A program made the position numbers and the translations under genes. A stretch of 64,000 bases of DNA from a virus. How positions within the stretch are numbered: position 1 is the stretch's first letter; each line of letters opens with the position of its first letter. The stretch is from the UHGV virus genome UHGV-1374396. The stretch is one strand, 5' to 3'. The notes under the pieces are model-generated. The model made no database searches. It was not told where the DNA came from and saw nothing but the letters and a program-made list of their open reading frames with translations. Positions 48,465 through 55,940 of this stretch are shown piece by piece.

Positions 48465-48500
48465 GAGTGTTAAAAATAAGGGATAATATTTTTAACACTC
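48465..48500. terminator. 14-bp perfect-stem hairpin GAGTGTTAAAAATA-N8-TATTTTTAACACTC between convergent genes (bidirectional terminator)
   Basis: Seen directly between the plus-strand stop at 48391 and the minus-strand stop at 48510; T-run follows on the plus strand. Confidence 0.6.
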
Positions 48501-48509
48501 AATTTTCAT

Positions 48510-48899
48510 TTATTTATTATCGAAAATTTTATAATATAGTTTAGTATAATTTTCTTTTAGGTTTGGGAGGTCTTCACTATAATAATAATATTTTCTTAAT
48601 AGCTTTGAAATAAAATATTTCTTAAATAAATATTCACTTAGATATATATAATAATTGCTTAACTCTATTTCATTATAATCAAGTTGAATATTATTTAATT
48701 GTTCGTTAAAAATTTCTAAATGTTCTATAAAATCTATATTTGCTAAATATCTAAATTCGTACATATTTGCAAATACTAAAATACTATTATTTGCTTTTTT
48801 ATTTAAGTAATAATGTGTATAAGTTACAGCTACAAAAGCAAACACTACAAATAAAACTATTGAAAAAAGTACACCTAATATAATAAATAAAACGTTCAT
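48510..48899 (-). CDS. membrane-anchored hypothetical protein (129 aa)
   Basis: N-terminal VLFIILGVLFSIVLFVVFAFVAV TM segment. Confidence 0.45.
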   Translation of the reverse strand: MNVLFIILGVLFSIVLFVVFAFVAVTYTHYYLNKKANNSILVFANMYEFRYLANIDFIEHLEIFNEQLNNIQLDYNEIELSNYYIYLSEYLFKKYFISKLLRKYYYYSEDLPNLKENYTKLYYKIFDNK

Positions 48900-48979
48900 A
48901 ATTTTTAATTTTAAAGATTGATTTTAATTTGATTTTTTAAATAAGTAGGTAGAATTAATTCTACCTACTTAAATACTTA

Positions 48980-49390
48980 TTATTTGCTTTCTAATTCTTT
49001 TTTACAGAGGTTCAAAGCATTTGATAAAATTTCTTTTTTCTCTGTTTTTAAATTTTCATTGCAAACGCTATTTAATGAATAATCATTAATTAAATAACAT
49101 TCTTTGTAAAAATCATTAAACGCTTTAATAAGTGCTTTTTGATTTTCTTTGTTCTTCTCATTTAAAAGAGAAGAAGCACACGAAAATAACATATTTCTTA
49201 ACTTCTTTCTTAAAGATTTTTTTTCTTTTTCGTTGCAATCTAAAAAAATCTCATCTTTATAAATAGATGCTTTTTTCGTTCCTAATGAAGTTTTAAGAAG
49301 TCCTTTTGTGTTATTTGCAAAATTTTCAATAATTGATTTTGCATTAACTACTTGCTTTGCACTCTCTAAATTTACATTTTGTTTTTTCAT
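48980..49390 (-). CDS. hypothetical protein (136 aa, Lys/Glu-rich)
   Basis: ORF with two consensus promoters upstream. Confidence 0.5.
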   Translation of the reverse strand: MKKQNVNLESAKQVVNAKSIIENFANNTKGLLKTSLGTKKASIYKDEIFLDCNEKEKKSLRKKLRNMLFSCASSLLNEKNKENQKALIKAFNDFYKECYLINDYSLNSVCNENLKTEKKEILSNALNLCKKELESK

Positions 49391-49502
49391 TTTTGTTATA
49401 GCTCTTTTTTCATTTTATTATTACTATTATTTAAGTTCTTCAAGGAGTGAAAAAAAGCTACTTAAAAATAACCCCCTTTCTAAACTTTTATTATTTACAT
49501 TG

Positions 49503-49534
49503 CAAAGTTACGAATAATATTTTAAACCTGCAAA
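49503..49534 (-). promoter_or_regulatory. Bacteroidota-type promoter (minus strand TAACTTTG at 49503-49510; -33 TTTG at 49531-49534)
   Basis: Reverse complement of plus CAAAGTTA and CAAA, 20-bp spacer. Confidence 0.5.
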
Positions 49535-49597
49535 TTTTTTCAATGTTTTTTTTTTAAATATTTTTTTGATTGAATTATTATTTTTATTTTGACAATG

Positions 49598-49628
49598 CAA
49601 AGTTATGAATAATTTTTTAATCTACAAA
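49598..49628 (-). promoter_or_regulatory. second tandem Bacteroidota-type promoter (TAACTTTG at 49598-49605; TTTG at 49625-49628)
   Basis: Same motif, 19-bp spacer; the flanking ~40 bp nearly duplicate the first copy. Confidence 0.45.
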
Positions 49629-49984
49629 GAAAAATCTAATTTTTTTTTGAGATTAATTTTTATAAACATAAATAATAAAAATTCTAAAAAGAATTATTTT
49701 TTAATACAAAAAATTTGGTTATATAAAATATTTGTATTATTTGCGTGCGTACATATATAATATATAAGAGTTCAAAAATTTGTATATTTGCATTATTAAA
49801 TTTTAATAATGCAAAATTTTGGGGCCTATAAGTTGTGTAGGCGGCCGCGTTGTTGTGTAGCCCCTATACTACTTTTCTAAAGGTACTCCAGGGGCCATAG
49901 ACAGTATATTGATATACATTAGGAATAGGCCAATAAGGCCCAGCCAACATTTTTGTTCTCCAGTAAACCGTGAATGGCCGGGAA

Positions 49985-50310
49985 CTATAATAGGGCCTTG
50001 AAAAGAACTTGGTAAGCCCAGAGGGCCCTGGATGGTTGCCTATTCGCTTCATTGTTGTGAAATTGGTAAGCGAAATTCGTTAGGCCTAGTGGATATGAAA
50101 TCGGAAACGCCTATTGCATATTGTAGCGTTACACGGAAAGGCCCGGATGGTTAGTTAAGCTTATTCAAAATCAGTAGGGCCTTGAAGACATAAGGCAAGT
50201 CACGGAAGAGATCAAATACATTAGTGGCCATTCAGGGTTATCTAAAAGGACCTCGAGGTAGAGAAATCGGAAATGTGTAAGTGATTTTGTAGCGTATATA
50301 CACAGAGAAA
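49985..50310. repeat. imperfect tandem duplication of a ~165-bp unit (each begins TAGGGCCTTGAA and contains GAAATCGGAAA...TTGTAGCGT...ACAC.GA.AAAGCC.GG)
   Basis: Aligned by eye; GC content far above the genome background. Confidence 0.55.
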
Positions 50311-50312
50311 AA

Positions 50313-50333
50313 GCCTGGGTTGTGAGCCCAGGC
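50313..50333 (-). terminator. intrinsic terminator of the acidic-protein gene (GCCTGGG-TTGTGA-CCCAGGC; on the minus strand followed by TTTTTC)
   Basis: 7-bp GC stem 26 nt downstream of the stop at 50359, A-run on the plus strand equals T-run on the coding strand. Confidence 0.6.
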
Positions 50334-50358
50334 CTAAGACCTATGATTTGAATAAGGA

Positions 50359-50874
50359 TTATTGTTGATCCTGAGGGAATTTAGAAAGGATTTCCTGGAT
50401 AGTGTTTTGTTCAGAGATTATTTGAGTAAAGTCTGGGTCGCAGAATTCGCATTGATCCTGGAGTAGTTCGTCCTGATCCTCTTTTTGTTTATCGTAGTTG
50501 ATAATGTATTGTTTTACTGGATTGATATCGATTGGGTCTTTGCCTTCGCAGTTATAGTTGTAGCAGAAGGCAATATGTTGCATTTGGTTAAATAGGTCTG
50601 GAATGTAATCGTAGAAATCGTCGTCTCCGATGAAACCGCTTTGTAGAATTTCGGTTAATTGTTTTAGGAGTTCATCGAAGGCAATTCGAGCTTCTTTGAT
50701 ATTAACCGAGTAGATGATTTGGATTCCGTTATCCATGAGTTCATCGAATAGTTCTGGGTTGGAATCTTCCAGTTCGAAGGCTTCGTAAATCCTTGTGATG
50801 TTAGTTGGGAGGTATTCTCCTGTTGTACTTGGGATAAGGAATTCGTTGGTGTTTAAGAAATTTAATTTGTTCAT
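50359..50874 (-). CDS. highly acidic hypothetical protein (171 aa), isolated between two long noncoding regions
   Basis: Roughly a quarter of residues are D/E; own promoter (50921-50952) and own terminator. Confidence 0.55.
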   Translation of the reverse strand: MNKLNFLNTNEFLIPSTTGEYLPTNITRIYEAFELEDSNPELFDELMDNGIQIIYSVNIKEARIAFDELLKQLTEILQSGFIGDDDFYDYIPDLFNQMQHIAFCYNYNCEGKDPIDINPVKQYIINYDKQKEDQDELLQDQCEFCDPDFTQIISEQNTIQEILSKFPQDQQ

Positions 50875-50920
50875 AATGACTATAAAATTTAATTATTAAT
50901 ATTGATTTATTATTACAATG

Positions 50921-50952
50921 CAAAGATACGAATAATATTTTTATTCTACAAA
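50921..50952 (-). promoter_or_regulatory. Bacteroidota-type promoter (TATCTTTG at 50921-50928; TTTG at 50949-50952)
   Basis: 20-bp spacer; about 47 nt upstream of the ATG at 50874. Confidence 0.5.
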
Positions 50953-51410
50953 TATTTTTCTAATAAAATTATTAGTGGCTGGAGATCTTAGATATAGTCA
51001 AACTGATAAGTATGAACATAAGTATCAAATTATAGGTAGTTTTCGATTAATTCTAGAGCTCTAGTATAAGTTAAGTAATATATTTATATGTTTGATTATA
51101 GGAATAATTCTTGATATAGGTAAAACTTGGGGCCATGAACGGTATCCTTGAAATCGAAAATGTGATTAAATTTACACGTACACATACGCCTTGTTGTGTA
51201 AACCTTAAAGCCCAAAGGCAAGGCCCAAATCGTAATCCTTAATCCTAAAAGGCCTAACCCCAAACACAAATAATACATAATATAAACATATCGAATAGTG
51301 TAACCTATATACATATCTAGTAATATATAATACATATACGAATATTCTTATCAATACTGAAACAACTATATTCTAGTTGTGGCCATGTACTGTAACGCAG
51401 TTAGCGAATT

Positions 51411-51421
51411 GAAATCGGAAA
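51411..51421. repeat. GAAATCGGAAA 11-mer (other copies at 50097-50107, 50263-50273 and variant 51150-51160)
   Basis: Exact and near-exact copies, each preceded by a GGCCAT-containing segment. Confidence 0.5.
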
Positions 51422-51463
51422 GCGAATCTCAAATCACCTAATCTCCTTGCCCCAAACAAACCA

Positions 51464-51655
51464 ATATATATATATATATATAATATAAACTAATACGATT
51501 AGGCTCTAGGCAATACGATTAGAGATTACGATTTAAAGTTCTACTCTACTAGCTTAGCTACTACTAGCTACTCTACACACAACGAATAATATATTCAAAT
51601 CGAATCACCTAAATCGAAAGCCTAGACCATTCTATTATATATATATATATTATAA
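51464..51655. repeat. two (TA)8-10 microsatellite tracts (about 51464-51484 and 51636-51654), each preceded by an AATCACCTAA element
   Basis: Seen directly. Confidence 0.6.
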
Positions 51656-51659
51656 AAGG

Positions 51660-51970
51660 GGCCGTTTTAGGACTACGTGTTCATTTTAGGCTTTTCGTAG
51701 CTTCCTAACGTCTGCCTTTTAGCTCTTTTTCGATTTCAAGGATTTGACGATTTCGATGACGATTAGGCTCTGGGATTTGACGATTTTATCGAAAATCTCC
51801 TCGAAAAAGTGAACGATTTGAGGCCATTTTAGGTACATTTTTATCGAAAAATAGAGCGAATTTCGTTCGAAAAAAGGCCTAAAAATGAGCGAAAAATGTA
51901 CCTTTTTAGGCTCCAAAAAGGCTCCAAAAATTGCCTAAAATAGGCAAAAAAACGGCCTTTTTAGGGCATA
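51660..51970. repeat. cluster of short direct repeats: TTTTAGG(C) about 8 times, ACGATT/GACGATTAGGCTCT, ATCGAAAA
   Basis: Seen directly; no credible ORF. Confidence 0.55.
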
Positions 51971-52376
51971 GCGGAAGGGGCTCGAAATTAGGGCCCCAAG
52001 GATTGAGAGTCGAGCTGGAAGTATAGTGTGTGTATAGTGACGTTAGGCAAACCCAAAATTTCGAAGAGCCCAGGGCCCCGGCACCGCCACCCCCGATCTG
52101 ACAAGTAGCTGTTTTTGAACTAGCTGAAGTATGTTGATAAGATACGTGTCGAGTTTTTAGTTCGAATTTTGGGGCTTATTTTCAAAGGGCAACGTTTACG
52201 ATTAAAAGGTAACGTTATCGAATACGTTTAAAGTATATATTTGGATTGGTTATATTAGGTTAGGTTTATTATGTATTCGTATATGTATAATGTGTATTGA
52301 TATTATTTAGGGATTTTCTTTGTTGGGAGTGGGGTTTGGTTGTGTATTAGGTTTAGTGTATATGTATTTACACATT

Positions 52377-52411
52377 AATAGGATCTCTATTGGTGATGTA
52401 GAGATCCTATT
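52377..52411 (-). terminator. 13-bp perfect-stem hairpin AATAGGATCTCTA-N9-TAGAGATCCTATT immediately downstream of the last gene of the right-hand gene block
   Basis: Ends 9 nt after the stop at 52420; no U-run. Confidence 0.45.
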
Positions 52412-52419
52412 CGATTGAA

Positions 52420-52731
52420 TTATTTCTGTGTTTCGTGTAGCATGTGTTTGTATACCTTTTGTAGTATTTCTGTAGAAATCGTATTGAAAGGAATACCTTG
52501 TACTAGTTCCGAGTTTCTAGATGAGCATATATATTCTAGGTTGTTGGTGACTTTGTTGATTCCGATTTCATCTATCCAGTGATAATGATTACCTTCGAAG
52601 ACTATATCGGTTGGTAGTTCGATACTCTTTTCGAATCTGTATATCCAGGTGCCACTGTATTCTTGATACTTTAGGTGGGTTATTATGTAATCTAGTATCT
52701 CTAGTGTTACTATCATATCTGTTTGTGTCAT
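52420..52731 (-). CDS. hypothetical protein (103 aa); paralogue of the C-terminal domain of the adjacent 262-aa protein
   Basis: ILDYIITHLKYQEYSGTWIYRFEKSIELPTDIVFEGNHY parallels VVNEIISHLKYKEPEEVLFYRFEQPIKLETQITHEGKHY. Confidence 0.45.
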   Translation of the reverse strand: MTQTDMIVTLEILDYIITHLKYQEYSGTWIYRFEKSIELPTDIVFEGNHYHWIDEIGINKVTNNLEYICSSRNSELVQGIPFNTISTEILQKVYKHMLHETQK

Positions 52732-52737
52732 AGTGAT

Positions 52738-53526
52738 TTATGGGTTTTCTTTTGTTATTTGTTCGTGTACCTTTTGAAGAAGCATTGGGCTTTGGGTGTT
52801 AACTGGGACGTATGATAGGTATTTAGGACTTGTAGGGTCGTGGCATACGTAGCTTAGTTTTCTCCAATATGGGAAGTATACTATTGCATTGATTTGGTCA
52901 TAGTGTTTGCCTTCGTGGGTTATTTGGGTTTCTAGTTTGATTGGTTGTTCAAATCTGTAGAATAGTACCTCTTCCGGTTCTTTGTATTTTAGGTGAGATA
53001 TTATTTCGTTTACTACCTGTATGAATGATAATTTTGATGAATCTGTCATATTCTTTTGTTTGTTGAGACTGTACCAGTAATGAAAGTAAGTATGTGAGTA
53101 ATTAAGCACTTTATCGAGGAATGGGTGATCTTCCGGGTTATCCTCGAATTGTTGTTCGTAGAGACTAATCTTATCGTATAGCCTTGGAATGTATTTGTCT
53201 ACTAGAGTTGCCCATTCCTCTTTATTGTTATCTAATTGGAACCTTATTAGCATAGTAGTCATGTATAAGGCCTGGAAGAATTCTGCTTTGTCTTTTCCTT
53301 GCAGTTTGATTTTCCGATTTAGTTGTTGGGCAAGGTAGTCGTAGTAGAATTGAACGTATTCTTTTATTGATTCTGAAGCTAGTTCGATTATCCAGGTATC
53401 ATCTCCCATGTATTCTTTTAGTACATTGAATTCGAATACCTCTTTGCCTTTGTATACCTTGCAGTATAGGTTGTTATTAGGCAGAACCTCTGTCTCTATT
53501 GAGGGTAGTATTATTGTTTCTTTCAT
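52738..53526 (-). CDS. hypothetical protein (262 aa)
   Basis: ORF; shares its C-terminal domain with the downstream gene. Confidence 0.5.
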   Translation of the reverse strand: MKETIILPSIETEVLPNNNLYCKVYKGKEVFEFNVLKEYMGDDTWIIELASESIKEYVQFYYDYLAQQLNRKIKLQGKDKAEFFQALYMTTMLIRFQLDNNKEEWATLVDKYIPRLYDKISLYEQQFEDNPEDHPFLDKVLNYSHTYFHYWYSLNKQKNMTDSSKLSFIQVVNEIISHLKYKEPEEVLFYRFEQPIKLETQITHEGKHYDQINAIVYFPYWRKLSYVCHDPTSPKYLSYVPVNTQSPMLLQKVHEQITKENP

Positions 53527-53882
53527 TGTAGTATCCTTTTAATTTCTTGTTGGAGTACTTCTAGTTGTTGGAGTACCTCGTCTTGCTTTTCATAAGATAC
53601 CCTTGATAATTTAGTTTCGATGTCAGAAGAAAGATCTGATATAATTTGTTGAGCCTCCTGAGTATAATCTACGTTTGTTATGTAAGTTAGCAAGGGTATG
53701 TTGACTTGTTGTTTAACCTCTAATGGTAAATCATCTAATGTAGGTTTATCATCCTGGGTTTTTAGGGTAGATATGTACCTATCCGCTAATACTAGTAAGT
53801 TGAGTACTAATTCCGATTGGATTGTTCGGTTGTTGAATGTTAATTCTTTAAGCCTATCTAAGTTGAATGTTTCTAGTTTCAT
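53523..53882 (-). CDS. hypothetical protein (119 aa)
   Basis: ORF overlapping neighbour by 4 nt. Confidence 0.45.
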   Translation of the reverse strand: MKLETFNLDRLKELTFNNRTIQSELVLNLLVLADRYISTLKTQDDKPTLDDLPLEVKQQVNIPLLTYITNVDYTQEAQQIISDLSSDIETKLSRVSYEKQDEVLQQLEVLQQEIKRILQ

Positions 53883-53883
53883 A

Positions 53884-54210
53884 TTATTTTACGTTAAAGT
53901 AGTTAGGGTCTTGGACTAATTTTACCTCTCTTGCAGTTGATAAATATTCGGAACCGGCATCAGTTTCTAATATTGGAGCATCTTCTCCTACTCCTAAGGA
54001 ATCTAGTAGAGTTTCTGTAGCCTTCATGTAAGCTTCGTATTTATGAAGGTTTTCTTGAGCCTTGTTGTAATACTTTTTGTAACAGTAGAGAGAATCTCTT
54101 GATGATTTTAGCATCTGATATAATTCGGATTCTGTTGTTTTACTGTTTGAGCATCCTGTTGTTAGTGTTCCTAAGAGGATGGCCGATAAGATAAATTTTA
54201 ATTTTTTCAT
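53884..54210 (-). CDS. putative lipoprotein (108 aa)
   Basis: Signal peptide MKKLKFILSAILLGTLTTGC with lipobox-like Cys; own promoter. Confidence 0.5.
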   Translation of the reverse strand: MKKLKFILSAILLGTLTTGCSNSKTTESELYQMLKSSRDSLYCYKKYYNKAQENLHKYEAYMKATETLLDSLGVGEDAPILETDAGSEYLSTAREVKLVQDPNYFNVK

Positions 54211-54247
54211 TTTGACTATAATTTAATTATTAATATTATTTACATTG

Positions 54248-54255
54248 CAAATTTA
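54248..54255 (-). promoter_or_regulatory. -7 box TAAATTTG (minus strand) with weak -33 element, upstream of the lipoprotein gene
   Basis: TAnnTTTG match 38 nt before the ATG. Confidence 0.4.
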
Positions 54256-54324
54256 ATCATTTTCTTTTAATTATGCAATGAACCTCGAATACAAGTTGTA
54301 ATACTTCTAGAGCTTCTAGAGAGG

Positions 54325-54684
54325 CTATTCATCGATTCTAGTTTCTACTGTACCATCTGAATACCTTCTATATGTTACATTTGGGCGACTGTTATCAATA
54401 TATGTAGCTATGGTTCTTAGTACTTCCAACTGCTGTTTTAGCTGATTTACCTGGCTCATATAGTAATCATATTCTTCTTTGGTAATCTCTTTACCTTTAA
54501 AGTAATACTTTCTATCTGCTTCAGAGTATTCATCTATATTTAGTTCATTAATACTATCGGTTTGTACCGTAGATATACTGTCTTCAGATACTATGATGTA
54601 CCTATCCTTTGGTTTATTCCACTTAAATGATAATGCTACACCTATTAAGATAATTAAACCTATACCTAAAAATATATTTCTCAT
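54325..54684 (-). CDS. membrane-anchored hypothetical protein (119 aa)
   Basis: N-terminal IFLGIGLIILIGVALSF TM helix. Confidence 0.45.
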   Translation of the reverse strand: MRNIFLGIGLIILIGVALSFKWNKPKDRYIIVSEDSISTVQTDSINELNIDEYSEADRKYYFKGKEITKEEYDYYMSQVNQLKQQLEVLRTIATYIDNSRPNVTYRRYSDGTVETRIDE

Positions 54685-54700
54685 AATAATTGGTTTTAAT

Positions 54701-54747
54701 ACTAAGTGAATTAGCTAGTTTCCTTTTGCTCTAGTAATTCACTTAGT
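54701..54747. other. 13-bp perfect inverted repeat ACTAAGTGAATTA-N21-TAATTCACTTAGT
   Basis: Between the stop at 54762 and the start at 54684. Confidence 0.5.
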
Positions 54748-54761
54748 ATAGTTATATAAAC

Positions 54762-55259
54762 TTATTGCTTTGTTAATTCTTTAATCTCTAGCATAATGCT
54801 TTTACAGGTTTGTCTGAAACCTCTTGAGGATTTTATCCATTCGTCATAGTAGATATGTCTATTACTACCTTTGATGTTCTTATACTTTGCCATTAGTCTA
54901 GCATCAAATATGAGGTCAGTGTCGGTAGTTGCTATGGCTATCATTAAAGCTTGTACCTTAGAGAGTTCATCGTCGTAAGGATCTTCTGATAGTTCTAGTT
55001 CTGAGATATTATGTTCTATGTAACTAAGAGCCTGTTTCATTGATTTGAATATAAGTATCCTCTTAGGACTTAGCAAGAATTCCAGATCTTCATATTCTGT
55101 TGATAGTTTGGACCTTACTTTCGAATGAACTGGTATTATGTGTTCTACAAATTTCTGGCCAGCCCAATTAGTTATGGTAGTACCTTCTTCCTCTATTGTG
55201 AAGTACTTATTAGAAGATATTACTTCTATGTATTCTTTAATTGTTTTAATTTTTTCCAT
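54762..55259 (-). CDS. hypothetical protein (165 aa)
   Basis: ORF. Confidence 0.45.
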   Translation of the reverse strand: MEKIKTIKEYIEVISSNKYFTIEEEGTTITNWAGQKFVEHIIPVHSKVRSKLSTEYEDLEFLLSPKRILIFKSMKQALSYIEHNISELELSEDPYDDELSKVQALMIAIATTDTDLIFDARLMAKYKNIKGSNRHIYYDEWIKSSRGFRQTCKSIMLEIKELTKQ

Positions 55260-55935
55260 ATCTATTTACCGTTATGTTGTTAGCTTCAATATTAGCATAC
55301 ATTGCTTCTACATATTTAACTAATCTCCTATATTCTTGCCCTTTGATTTTACTTTCTCCCTTGGCTTTTGCTATTAGTTCTTCTCCTGTACCGTAGAAGC
55401 ATCCAACCTTCCACATCTTATTTGAACGTGTATAAGTGATATACCTTCCACTAGACCAATAATTCTTACATATGTAGTAATCCTCTGTTACAGCTAATAT
55501 AGCATCTCCACCAATTTCTGCCCAATCATCTATGATAGTATCACCCTCTATTATAGAGTTACCATGTACTAAGGAATGCCCTTGTACAATACAGTAATCA
55601 CCAAGTTGAGAATTATCAGTTACACTAGCATTCTCTCCTATATTGCAGTAATCACGTATTTTAGAATTCCCTCGTATTCGGCAATTATCATAAGCCTTAA
55701 CTTCATTGTATAGTTTAGCATCCATAGATACTCTAGCATTATCATAAGCCATAGAGTAATCATATAACCAGCAAGTATATAGGTGACTAAGATTATATTC
55801 TCCTTCTACATAACCTCCGAGGTCACCTTTCTTTACATCATCGAAATCTTTTAAAGCCTCAATCCTATATAACTTTTTACCGTGGTAGTATATATAGAGG
55901 TCTTCTCTTAGTTTATATTTCTTTTTAAGCATCAT
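55246..55935 (-). CDS. beta-helix-like repeat protein (229 aa)
   Basis: Degenerate repeats YDNARVSMDAKL / YDNCRIRGNSKI / DYCNIGENASV / DNSQLGDYCIVQGHSLVHGNSIIEGDTII. Confidence 0.45.
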   Translation of the reverse strand: MMLKKKYKLREDLYIYYHGKKLYRIEALKDFDDVKKGDLGGYVEGEYNLSHLYTCWLYDYSMAYDNARVSMDAKLYNEVKAYDNCRIRGNSKIRDYCNIGENASVTDNSQLGDYCIVQGHSLVHGNSIIEGDTIIDDWAEIGGDAILAVTEDYYICKNYWSSGRYITYTRSNKMWKVGCFYGTGEELIAKAKGESKIKGQEYRRLVKYVEAMYANIEANNITVNRYGKN

Positions 55936-55940
55936 AATAT

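Noticed and set aside
49864-50052. 62-aa ORF in the GC-rich repeat block
   Set aside because: Lies inside the GC-rich noncoding block adjoining the repetitive TAGGGCCTTGAA units; composition Pro/Gly/Tyr/Trp-rich; no promoter; more likely noncoding.
51096-51335. 79-aa ORF, and the 65-aa ORF at 51719..51916, in the long noncoding region
   Set aside because: Overlap (TA)n and TTTTAGG repeat DNA, low-complexity translations, no promoter box; treated as spurious.
49840-52420. Possibility of a CRISPR array, tRNA or tmRNA in the repeat-rich noncoding DNA
   Set aside because: Repeats are neither regularly spaced nor of uniform length (no repeat-spacer periodicity). No cloverleaf with a GTTCRANNC T-loop and matching acceptor stem was found by eye. 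tRNAscan-SE/Aragorn would be the decisive check.
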